Origin: Amphiscolops sp. MND2022
Taxonomy: Eukaryota
Assembly (NCBI GenBank): GCA_964187785.1
Contig: OZ076409.1
Coordinates: 47,618,001 to 47,682,000, forward strand
Reading direction: 5' to 3'
DNA length: 64,000 nt
How positions within the stretch are numbered: position 1 is the first letter of the stretch; each line of letters begins with the position of its first letter. This document shows positions 13,017-24,599 of the stretch, one piece after another. The translations under genes and the position numbers were made by a program. The notes under the pieces are model-generated. The model had not been told where the DNA came from. It searched no databases and saw nothing but the letters and a program-made list of their open reading frames with translations.

Positions 13017-13183
13017 CCCATCGATGGGTCATCGATGACCCATCGATGGGATCATCATTAGAAAAAGCTCATCGATGCCCATCGATGGACCATTGATGGC
13101 CATCGATGGGCCCCATGGGACTGCGATGGCCATCGATGAACTGCGATGGCCATCGATGAACTGCGATGGGATCTCAGTACGGG
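13017..13183. mobile_element. Right end of a MITE (CCATCGATGG repeats, TCAGTACGGG terminus) in intron 1
   Basis: The terminus is the reverse complement of CCCGTACTGA at 9309; the subterminal repeats resemble those of the 9309-10092 element. Confidence 0.65.
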
Positions 13184-13256
13184 AATAACCACATGGGGTA
13201 TTAATCAAAACTTTGGGTGATCAAAATAGTTTCGCGGAATGGCAGTCCTCACCTAG

Positions 13257-13579
13257 GCCTACCAGTTCTTGTATGAAGCTGTTTCTGGCAACAGCAACTT
13301 TAACGATACTTCCTCGGTTGTGATTTCTCCCATGAAAGACATTTTCCTAGTGAGCTCCAGGATTATGGAAGAATTCTCATTGGACAAAGAGGCCTTCATA
13401 GTGAGCTGTTTTCTCGTTGGACATTACGATGATTGCTTTCCTGCCTTAGAGTGGCATCTGGATCCTGCACAGCCTTGCTACAGTGCAATAATTGACGTAC
13501 GAGGTTATGGAAAGTCCAATACTCTCACTATCAGTCTGTTCTTCGATCCAACAAGCACTTTAGGCAGGTACACTTCAAG
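13257..13579 (+). CDS. DEG/ENaC channel exon 2
   Basis: CCTAG| acceptor with an in-frame stop just upstream; FIVSCFLVGHYDDC...PCYS matches the palm/finger pattern; AG|GTTAGT donor, phase 2. Confidence 0.88.
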
Positions 13580-14498
13580 GTTAGTCAGTGCCTTCTTTTG
13601 AAGCAAAATACTCAAACTCCAAAGTTGCTTTTTTTGGTTTCAAGTCCCGAATATCAGACGTGATCATTTTCAAGTTGATCAGTTTGCCATCAAATGTTTA
13701 CTTGACGAGAATATGAGGCTTACACCCGCTAACCTAATCAACTTGTTTGCTAATATAACTGGTAAACATTATAATGGACTTTTCATAATTCGTCTGGTGG
13801 AATATTCGACTTCTCCGCCAAATTTCAAACAATTACGTGCACTTTGTTTTAATGAACACTGCTAGAAATATGCATAATGTAGTGTAGGACAATTTTTACG
13901 TACTATTTATAAATGTTGCGCAATGATCATTCAAATATTGGAATTATTTTAAAATGTAATCGATTGAGGCATTGTTTTAACACATGGTTCTAAGAAAGGC
14001 TGAGATGGAGTTTGATTGAGAAATTGCCCATTTGAATTCTTTTAAAAACATCAGTTTTCTGATTTTTCATAATCAATCGGGGTTCATCGATTCCGATTAA
14101 GAAGATTGCTTGGAAATTTGAAAATCTATATCAATGCCAGAGACATTTGATAAAAGAACTAACTTTTGAAGAATATCTTTCCTCTGATCACTCGGTGGAA
14201 TAAGAACAAGTTTGGTGAGTCAATAGTTGGAAACTGTGAAAACATAAAAACTCAATCTTTAATTTTATTTTTAAAAAAGCAATATAAATCGTTTTTTTTT
14301 GTGGTTTCTAAACACCTTATTGCATACATTACAATGAAGCTAAAAAGGGCCGTGTCTTTAACTTTACCGATTGTGCTCAACCATATTTCTCAACTATTTG
14401 AGTTGCTATGTTGAAAACTACTTGAGAGCATGATGAATTTTCTTTACAATTAACGACCCAGAAAATTGAAAACAAACTTTATTAATTTCAAATTTTAG

Positions 14499-14739
14499 GT
14501 TGGGTGCTTACGTCACATTCTCTCACCCCGACGACTACATGGCGCCCTCTGACGGCATTTTTGTGGGGCCACAGGAAGCAGCAGTGGTATCAGCGTCCGT
14601 TGTTCATAAAAAGCAGACCAAGTCTTTTGAGAAAGCTGCCTGCGTGAAGAAACAGGGTCTGGATTGGTACAATTTCACCGGAATCCCTTTCCTGTTAGAC
14701 TACCAACCAGAGCATTGTGTATCTTTGTGTTATGCTCAG
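14499..14739 (+). CDS. DEG/ENaC channel exon 3
   Basis: TTTTAG| acceptor, phase-compatible with exon 2; GAYVTFSHPDDY...GIFVGP and start of the Cys-rich thumb (CVSLCYAQ). End inferred at CAG|GAATGT. Confidence 0.88.
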
Positions 14740-15249
14740 GAATGTCAAATTTCTTGTAGAAATAGTAACGCATTCCATATTCTTCTTACCAGTTGGAAAA
14801 GTGGAATTTCTTTAACTGAAAACAAAAACATCAACTGAACTAGAGTATTAAATTTTCATTTTCATTTTTATGAACAATCAAACGCGTCCTCTCAGCACCA
14901 AGTTTTTTTGCTATTTTTGTTCTATTGATATTCATGATGGCCAGCACAAGCAAAACTGTGCCAAACTTGCACGAAGAGTTCGAAATATTTTATAGGGGAA
15001 ATTTTCATTCGCCATTTTCTATTTTTTCCAAAACACGTTTTTTACGGCACGTTTCACAAAAAATGCAGTTGTATCTTCACATGTTACGATCCTATTCATT
15101 GAAATCGAATTGCTTTCCCTGTGCTCATGGTCGAACTGAATGAGATCATAATCAAACTTCCAACCAATATGGATAACAAACCTCACGTAACTTTGTAGAA
15201 AACCAGTGGAATGCAATATTTGAAATTTGATAACTTTATTTGTCATCAG

Positions 15250-15813
15250 TCCTTCTACAAACGGTGCAACTGTTCATCTCATTTGGGTTTGAACATTACG
15301 AACACGGAGTGCATCGAGGATGAGAATCTGCGAAGATGTGTTCTTATAGCTATTCGTGACTTCAAAACAGAGGTTCAACGGAGCAAAAAATGTTTGGGTA
15401 GCTGTCTCACAAAATGCGAGCATTCTTCCTATGAACTCAGCGTTCGCAAAGAACCTCAACTGGTTCCCGGTGAGAAAATGAGGCTTTTGCTGACTTTGCT
15501 AGTTACGCAAAATTACACAAATTCAACTCTAGTCCATAATTTATTCCGAAGAATGGCTCACCATCCTAAACCGCTCGAAGAGGCTAAACGTATCTCGGAA
15601 AACATTGGACAAGTAACATTCTTTCTTCGGAACAATCAGCAGGAAACAAAATTCGAGGTCATTCCTTTCTTGACATTTCCCACGTTCGTGAGCAATGTCG
15701 GAGGTCTGGTTGGAATGTGGCTTGGAATCAGTGCCATCTCGCTCATGCAGTTCCTGGAGAAAAAGCTGACGTCAGTTTTTTCTACCAACCCAACAGACGC
15801 ACTCAGAAGATGA
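15250..15813 (+). CDS. DEG/ENaC channel exon 4 (thumb cysteines, TM2)
   Basis: CATCAG| acceptor; CNC...CLGSCLTKCEHSSY; TM2 signature FVSNVGGLVGMWLGISAISLMQFLE with G-x-S filter; TGA stop. Confidence 0.92.
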   Translation, partial: SFYKRCNCSSHLGLNITNTECIEDENLRRCVLIAIRDFKTEVQRSKKCLGSCLTKCEHSSYELSVRKEPQLVPGEKMRLLLTLLVTQNYTNSTLVHNLFRRMAHHPKPLEEAKRISENIGQVTFFLRNNQQETKFEVIPFLTFPTFVSNVGGLVGMWLGISAISLMQFLEKKLTSVFSTNPTDALRR

Positions 15814-18752
15814 AAAAGGAGGTTTTTGAAAAACAAATTCAGCCCCATTTAAACAAGAACATAGAATGAGGCATATTACAGTGTATTTCACTCTGCAGCA
15901 CAATGATTTTATCATCTTCATGGATATAATTTTGAACACAATACGTTCGACATTCGTTAGAAAAGATGCCCACTTTCTCTCATATAAGTTAGCAATCCAT
16001 TGAATCTTCTGAACGGACATAAATCAGTAATAGAAGGCAGAAACGAGATACAATATGTTATTAAAAAGCCTAGACAGCTAGTATCGCAAGCGAAAAAAGC
16101 TAGTATCAATTGCTCATTTTGTTTCTTCGGGGATCCATTTGACAAAAATGCCCAGGTAATTTTTTTCCCTCAAACTTTGATCCGAATTACAACAATGAAT
16201 TTTGGAAAACGAATTGAAATATAAAATCGGATCAAATTTTTTAGTTTTGCTCATGGTCTTTTCTGTCAATTGATCGTGTGAAAACTTATAGCGATTTGAA
16301 ACTTAGCGTCGGCGAATTTGATGTCTTCAGCTTTTTCGTACCGTAGTGTAGATGTTTGCTCGAAGTTTATCTACAGTATCAAACAAGCTCGCGAACAGCG
16401 CATTTCGTTGCTTCACTCAAAACTCGAAGTATACGGAATGCTGAAGAACTAGCCGAGTGTCTTTGTATTGAGAAAAATCGAAGATATACCATTTGTGCCC
16501 ACAAAGAGGCATTCAGTTCGTAACAAAAAATTTTGTAACAAGACTTTTGTTTCACGTTAAAAAGTGTTAGGATACTTGTTTAGCAGAAAAGTTTCAACAC
16601 AAAGAGTCATTGTATCAAAACTGTACTATCCAAAGACCTTCTGTCGCATCGTCAAAAATGACGAAAAGCGACAGAGTTTCCGTACGACCATCTAGTGTAC
16701 AAACACCTCTAAGACCAAAGCCTATGAATCAAGGTTTTTGAGGAGTGCCAATGCTAGTTCTGGCAATTTCTTAGTATTTGAGAGTTTATCAAAAAAATCA
16801 AGTATCATAGTCGTTCTCCAATCTCTCGCAGTACTTCTTCAACAAAAATTGAAAAAATTTAATTGAAAAAGTTACGATTTTTATTCCAACCATTGGAAAA
16901 CTGATGTTACGACTAACTTTATGAACAATGGTTCTATGGAGAGCGGACCTTCTCGACGACAATACAGAATTAGGACTGGAAGTCCTTGCTTCTTTTCGGC
17001 TCGGTAACTCGAGAGTTACATCATTGAGTCTAAAAATTTGGAGATAACTTTGAAACTATCCTCCAAACGCCAGTCTTCAACATTCAGATTTTTAAAATAG
17101 TTCTCGGTTGTTCACTCCCGGTAGTTCATCTATTATTTGGGATAGATTTTCTGCCTTCGAGACTGGTTCATCGATTAGTTGTGCTGGACTGGCATCCTCT
17201 CTCGAAAAAGTAGGTCGACCGAGAACCTTCAAACGTTTCATTTCAGCATTAGATAGTTCTCCACTGCTTCACTGGAACTCTCAACCACAATGAACTTTGG
17301 TATTTTGCAATTTTGATATTCCGTGCTTATGTTACTTGATACGGCAGGTTTACAACAAAAGCGATCAAAAATACATTACACCAGAGCAATCCGGCTAGAA
17401 TTTTGTTGCAAAGAGGTTGCGTTTCTCAAAATCTTGTGATTTTCGTTTAGTTTAGGGCCTTTTTGACGTTCAAAACCCTGCTCAGGCTCACGACATAACG
17501 CCAAGAGGTGTTCTCCTTGATGATTTTAGTCCGACGTGCGTCAGGGACAAATTTTAAAGTTTCAGTGGAATTAGAATTTATGACCCCCGGTTTGGCCTCG
17601 TTTGCACACAGGAAGGCCTACCGGGTCCATTCAGTTAGAAAAAGAAAGCAATTCGTCTCTGTTTCTGCATAGCGGAAGTATTAGGGTTTTATGGTGTTCG
17701 TTTTTCTGATGGTTCGTTGCGGGAGATTTTTTATCAAAATGCGTGTTTGAGAACAATCAATTTCAGTTCCATCAGTCGTACCGTGCAGAAAACTACACAC
17801 CACGGATTGTCGGTCACACGGGTTTGAAAAGTAACCTACCGAAGCTGATATTTGCCTCCAGCTAGAAGCTAGAGTTTTTTTCCTGATTTTAGGATTTTTC
17901 AAAATTATTCGAAAAACACTCAAGTGGCTCGTTTAATTGCTTCCGTTTCCTTTTTTGCTCAGAGAAAAGTCGGTTTAGTGCAAGGAAACGTTTGAATTTT
18001 TTAACGAGATCACTTCAATTTACCATTTGGAACTAAAACAGTGATCAAAGATATTTTTTACAAGGCGTTCAAGATGATTTGAGAAACAGCAAGTGCCTTC
18101 AACGAGGAATATAGTTCCTTGGCTAGTCACAGAGTGACAAAATCCTCAGAGATTTTTGGGAAACAGTGCTGCTGATGAAATCAAAGAGGCTCATTTCTTT
18201 TTGAAATCCAGACGAAAAGAATAATACAGAGAAAATTCCAAAATGACACCCTTCACTCTCTTCTTTAACCCTGCTAACACCTAGCGTTAACAACTATCAG
18301 ATCTATTTCTGTGACAGTTTCGCCCCTTTTTGGAAGAAGTAACTTTTAATCAGGTACTAAAAGTTTCCAATTTTTCAATAACTCCACTTGCTTTGAAGTG
18401 TCAGTCATGTCAGAATATCTGGAATACTTTAAAACGGAGACGAAAACCCCATGTCCGAAAGTATGAAGATCTCAAAGTCAAAGGTATGAAGCTATACTAT
18501 GCAGGAGTCGTAGCCAACTTGGAATGACTCGTGTTGATAAATTTCATTTGTTGCAACATTCAGGGAATACTCGATATAGATAAACGAAACAAACTTTGTA
18601 AAGATTTAATTCGAGAATTGGATATGCGCTTCTGACTACTGAAACAATGTTCCACTCAATTATACCGCAAACATTTTATGAGTGCCTCTCCTAATGTTTT
18701 ATTCCGGGCAGATAGAACATGCGGTGACCAAGTAGGTGTTACAACTTTCTCT

Positions 18753-19665
18753 AACAAGACGGGAACGTCTAAAGTCGGCGCCATATCCAAGGCTCAAAAA
18801 GCGCAAAGTTTTTAAAATTGTAGAAGGGGGACTCTTTGGGGTTTTTGAAAATCCAGTTTGTTGCAAAACATCAAAAATGAAGGAGCGACTCTTCGTAGAC
18901 ATTGAAAAACTTAAATTTTCCAAAAAAGCAAAATGTGAGAATTTTTAACAGTCTCATAGTGCCGAAAAATGTAAAAGAACCCTTTAGGCTTTTTCAACAT
19001 CCATTCAGTTGCAAAACACCAAAAAAATAGAAGGGGGCCCAAATCGGTGCCAAATCTAAGGCTCAAAAATAGCAAAAGGACTTCAAAGTGTCAAAGTATT
19101 CTCTTATATAGCACCACAAAAATCCAAAAGTTGAACAGGATTGGCGCGCCAGGGGAACGCTTTGACATTTTTCATCCCTTCTGTCGCACAACTCCAGACA
19201 AAATGAAGGTGGAACCTTTGCGGAAAATTTTTTTATCTAAAAGAAGTCGCACTAAGTCGAAATAACGAAAAATAATGCGGTAAGTCGCATAGTGCCAAAA
19301 AATGTGAAATGAGACACTCTTTGGCATTTTTTCAACGTCCATTCTGTTGCAAAATATCAAAAAGATTGAAAAAAAATTGAAGGGAGATCATGAAAAAAAA
19401 TTCCGAGAAAAAAGTCTCACAAAGTTGAAAATACATGCACAAAAAAACTTGGTCAAAGGCGAGACTCGAACCAACGTCCTTCTGCTTGGCAGACATCAAA
19501 AACTATCCTAGTTAACCTCTATTGCTAAGTGGCAGTAGAAGTTACAAGTGTGGCAGTTACTGGACGCAGCTCATAAAGCTTATAAAATCTGTCACTTCGT
19601 TGGTCTTAAAAAAAGAAAAGTCAGTGCTATAGTCTGCGTTTTCCACGAAAAGCGCCGACTAAAAA
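18753..19665 (-). mobile_element. Helentron-associated non-autonomous element (HINE/DINE-1-like)
   Basis: On the minus strand: T-run + AGTCGGCGC ... GCGCCGACT + short hairpin GACG-TTCC-CGTC + TTGTT. The same architecture occurs at 40818-41303, 58332-59383 and 61604-62657. Confidence 0.7.
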
Positions 19666-20329
19666 CCAGAACGAGACCTAAAAAAGTGAGAATGACACTA
19701 GAAAACAAGAACATGACCTAAAATGCGGAAAAAGACTTAAAATGCGGAATGAGACCGAAAGTGAGAACAGAAGAGTATCTGAAGAAATATTATCTACAAT
19801 CGATTTCGGGAAAATTATCTTAAGGATTTTAAAGTATAATACGGGCCTCTTATGTTCCCCCAGTTCTTCCAGTGCCTCGCGGCCCCTTGGGACCGCTTAT
19901 GTGCAAAACCTGGTTGCCAAACGAGAATAACCAGGAGCAAAGACCTAGCGCGAACGGATGTCGCCACAAAGCGTTCGTAGTAGGACCTGGTCTTTGCGAC
20001 AGTGAGGGTGAGCGTGCATACACCGGATATGCCTCACATTAGGAGGGAAAAGTACTGAAAGTATTTTCACACACTTACAGAAGGTAATATTTTATTCCAA
20101 AATAAAATGATTTGAGATTTGACTATTTTAAAAAATCATAAAATCAATAGGGAAGAACAATTATTGATTGTGAAATTTTTAAAAACTGTTATTTGTGTTG
20201 ATTGCCTGAATTCCATCTGCTGGAGCCTAAATGTTGTTATAAACTTATTAAATATACTCAAAGCAATGCCTAATTCATTCCAGAACTGGTTCAACCGCCG
20301 ATGATGAAGAAGGTTCCGTCCATTTGATT

Positions 20330-23300
20330 GAGTGTACGGGCAAATGGCAAACAGGCTATGGATCCATCTCATGGGTCCCTATCTGGCTTCCCAAAACGAT
20401 TACGAAGGTTACATCAACTGTTCCGTCTTGTGTGGGTTTTGTGAAGCAGCTGAGGTGACCGAGTTGCAACCAAAACATTCCAAAATTGATGAACAGCCTC
20501 AGAACAGTGGAAAGTTGTCCAGTTAATTCATTGCAGAGTCAAAGCAACAGTATAGAAGGGACAATGTACGAATATTTGAATACTTGCAGTACAGGAGGAA
20601 CACTATGAGAATGTCTATGAAACGGTGATCAATGTGGTGAAAAGAACAGGAAATAAAGTATTCAGAACGGACATCAGCAACTGCAACAGAGTGCCCAGCA
20701 GAAGTGTGAAGCCTGGCCAAGGGCGTCCATTTATTGCGAAGTTTGTGCGGAAGCAAACGAAAATTGGCCTGATGACTAACAAGTCAAATCTCATGGAATG
20801 TATATATATCGAATCTATGTTGATGACGAAATTGTTTTATTGAGAGCACGGTTGGTTAAGGCTCTGCGACAACGTCATGATGTAACTTTTGTCATTATGA
20901 TTAGTGAAACAATTGTTGTCTCTCAAGCAATTCATTTCAAAATTATATTTGATAGCCTCTTTAGGTTTTATGAATAGGATCCGGATTTTGTTTATTCTGT
21001 TTGCAAAATAGTTGCCTTTTTGGTAAGTCATCTAGATTAGACCCTGGAACCTAAGAAATCGAAGAACGTAAAAATACAAAAAGTTGGGAACGAATGGTTT
21101 TTTCATTTGAATATAAAGTCTCTCGATTATCATTTTGAAGAACTAGAAATACCGAACGATACATTTCGTGAAAACAAACCAACTTTTATTCGCTGTTCCG
21201 AAACATGGATGGTTGAATACTCAGCAAGCAGTGCCTTCTCACTTGAAGTATATGCAGCTATGGAAATTGAAACAGGTTCAACAAGGAATGAAAGTGTGGC
21301 AATATATGTTCATGAATTGTTCTACCTTGAACCTTTGGAGCTTAGCGTACAAACAGAATCTTTTCCAGATTTGAACTACACTGGAGTAATTTGTACCAAA
21401 AAGAACAAGGAAAAACTTACCGTTGTACGTTAATGCAATTCACATTCCGTAAACAAACAGGATTTCTTGGATCAAATGGAGTTGCTTCTGGAGTATCTTG
21501 TTAAAATCAAGAACTGTTATTTATTAAGGGATATTAATTTGGACCTCTTGGAATGCAGTCCTGTAGCAAATAGATATCTGAGCTTGTTGGAAATTCATGA
21601 TTGCAGTCAAGGAATCGAAGAACCAACGCGTGTGACGCATGACTCAAAGTCCTTAATCGATCATAAAATTCACAATGACTACCAGCTACCTCTGGAAATT
21701 GGAGTTACTAAGACGTAATATACAGAATATTTTGCAACTTACGTTAATGCCAAAAAGCTCTATCTAATATACTTTACCCATTGCCTGGAATTTGTAGATT
21801 TAGGGCAGGACATCAACTCATCTACCGAATGTTTTGACAATGTAATATCGGAAGCAGTAAATGCTTCTACTGTAGAAAAATTATCGAGTCTCCCAGATAC
21901 CGTGAGACCTTGTTTCACACAGGAAAATTAAAAAGCCTTTCTTTGCAGGAAATGTACATTCCACAGATACAAGATCTATAAAACCCATCCGAAGAAGCCA
22001 CCCTATACAAGAGCCAGAAATATTGAGCACCTACAGCTTCGACAATGCAAACGCGATTACTATGTTGTACGTCTGAGTAGACTCATCAATAATCCGAAAT
22101 TTTTCTACAAAGCACTTAAAATTACTGGTGAAGCATTTAATTATTCTGTATAGTGCTGTAATCTTCAACATTCAGTGCTGTTATCAAGAACGATAAAAAT
22201 GAATTAATTACGGATGACACCGATGTGGTCGAATCCTTCAATGAAAATTTTTTTCCCACAGTAGAACTAACTATAAATCACCTGGCTTAGATCGGTTGAC
22301 TGCAGAAAAACTAAAAGCGAGTTTAAATGCAATACTGAAAAATTGACTTATCTTGTGATTGAATCGCTAAAAAGTGGACCAATTCCTAAGGTTTTAGAAG
22401 CCGCGAGAGTGGTACCGATTTACAAATCCGGCCAGAAATCTATACTTGAGATATACAGACCCGTTTCTAATCTGTCAGTTTCAAGCACAATATTTGAACG
22501 TGTTCAACATGAGCAATTTTATAATTTCTCAGTTAAAACTAAACCATTTTACTTAAGACGGTTTGAATTCCGACCAAAACTCAGCCCCAACAACTGCTCT
22601 CTATGATACTACAGAAAGAATTCAAAAGAATTCTAACCTCATAATTTCTTGTTTTTTTTTTCAATTTCAATAAGCCTTTGAAGCAATAAACGACGAGTAT
22701 ATCCTGTACAAATTTGAAGCATTTGGAGTCAGAGGGGTCTGTTTGGATTGGTTCACATCATATCTAAGTGAACGGAGTCAATGTGTTTCAATTAATGGTA
22801 ACGTCCTAAAGCCATTACTCATTGACTGTGGTGTTCCGCAAGGATCCGTTCTGGGATAATTGCTTTTTTATATTTTTGTTTCTGACTTCCAACTTCATTA
22901 GGAAACATTATTCCGTTTCTATTCGCTGATGATGCTTTTTGTTTTTAGGTGAGAAATGAAATTGAAACACCTTCATTGCAACATCAAGTTGAACACATTC
23001 CTGAATGATTGGCTATCGATAAACTTAATCAAAATGTTCAAAAAACTGATTTGATTCATTTTTAAACTGAAAATACGACAACTTAGTATTTAGGAAAATT
23101 GAAATACCTTGTACAGAATTCGACAATTATCTGGGTAACTTACTTAATGAGAATTTATCTTATGTAATCCACGTCCAACGAGTATTGCGTAAAATACTCA
23201 AAGATATGCCTTATCAACCGTCTGACGCATTTCACCAGTAGTACCCCAATGATTTTATAACACATACATGAAACCTATCATCCAATATGGACACTCGATA

Positions 23301-23530
23301 TAAGGGTGCGCGAGTATATGTATACTGAAAGATATATTTTTTGTTCAGAAAACAATTCTCCGTATTCTGTTTCTCAAAAACCCTGAAGACATTCTTCTGA
23401 TGAATTGTTCGAAGGAAGCTGAATGTTTTTGACATTTACGACTTTGAACTTTTGAAGTGAGCCATGCCGACAGGTAGAGGAAGTTAACTGCGTAAAATAA
23501 AGACCCTGTATATCCAAGAAAGTTCACCCA
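20330..23530 (+). mobile_element. Degenerate CR1/L2-group LINE (ORF1 remnant, APE endonuclease, RT)
   Basis: ORF1-like DISNCNRVP...PFIAKFVRK; EN motifs NIKSL, SETW, DINLDLL, PTRVT...LIDH; RT motifs [17 protein letters not shown] (22830-22856), FADD (~22922); many stops. Boundaries approximate. Confidence 0.88.
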
Positions 23531-23576
23531 TTTTCACTCGGAGTGTTTGTTCCAATATGGTCCATGTACTTGAAAT

Positions 23577-23920
23577 CAGGGGTTGCAATACCGATAGCAA
23601 TACCAGCACCATAAAACTAATACTTGGGGGTCACTACCAACACCAACACCAATACATCGGAAGTTCTTCAATACCAACACCAATACCAATAGTGTTTTTC
23701 TCTTACAGTTTCTTGTCGTTTGCAGGGGTCGCAAAGGCAAGAGTTTTTACAACTCCACATTTTAATTGATACTAATTTTTTGAATTAACCTTTCTTATAA
23801 CAGTGTTTCAATAAATAGGTTTCATAACTCTGAATTGTCGCTTTTTACTAGTAACAGTTAGCAAAATTCTCAAAAATCGACAGTTTATTTGCCTCTTTTT
23901 GGTCAATAGCAATACCAATT
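23577..23920. mobile_element. hAT-like non-autonomous fragment (CAGGGGTTG start, CAATACC repeats)
   Basis: CAGG terminus followed by clustered CAATACC units; no right TIR seen. Confidence 0.4.
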
Positions 23921-24599
23921 TTCAGTGGAATATAAAAACCTCCCTGAAGTACGAACAGATAACTTAAATAACACGGAACTATGTTACTGAATCATCTTCT
24001 AAAAACAAAGGCGTTAACTTGCAATTATGAATCTGTCGTTGAAAATGAAACGAAAAAGGTAATCTTAAAAATTAATAACAAAACAAATTGCCAACGTCTG
24101 GCAGACGTGGGCGGTTGCTGACGTTAATGAGTTTGAAAGTTTAAAGGGTCCTCCCTCGTTTAGAAATAACTTACGTACCCTCTGGTGCTCTGTGCTTATC
24201 TATTTGTTTGAATGTTCTTTTTTATACGTCATTTACATACATATGCCTCAGAGTAATTTCAAATTCTTCTTGTTTCCTCTGAAGATTTGTGTAAAAAATT
24301 TATCTTCAAACGTTTTTTTTGCTGAATAAAAAAACAAATCGTCTCATGTCCTAATCCATTTTTTAAGCTTTTTTCCCCTTGTAAGTGTTGTTCCACTTCT
24401 TTTCGGTTTTAGGTCTTATTTCCGTAGGTCATGTTCCTTTTGAAAACTTAGGTTGAATTCCTGGACACCGAGAATGTCATTCAAGTACCTGCCAAAGCAG
24501 ATATTTATGAAGACCCCGCCGCGGGGACACAAAATATCAAAAATCACCACCTTTAGCATAATTTTTGTGATTGACTATTGTTGAATAGCTTCAGAGATG

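Larger units (their letters stand above)
19666..24440. mobile_element. Probable large MITE scaffold (GAACATGACCTA/ATGCGGAA subterminal repeats) interrupted by a LINE and other fragments
   Basis: Repeats at 19670-19770 are inverted at 24400-24440 (TAGGTCATGTTC); carries the GC-rich core also seen at 59750-59935. Confidence 0.5.

Noticed and set aside
9309..13183. One large transposon (CCCGTACTGA...TCAGTACGGG) capturing ENaC exon 1
   Set aside because: The 9309 end already pairs with 10092 with a TG TSD, and the flanks TG/AA do not match.
14741..14770. Canonical GT donors just downstream of ENaC exon 3 (T|GTCAAA, T|GTAGAA, A|GTAACG)
   Set aside because: All are phase 1; the nearby acceptors are phase 0 or 2, and using them would break the C-x8-C-x-C spacing.
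16250..18700. Decayed transposase or gene downstream of the channel gene
   Set aside because: Translations I tried gave no recognisable motif and no sustained frame.
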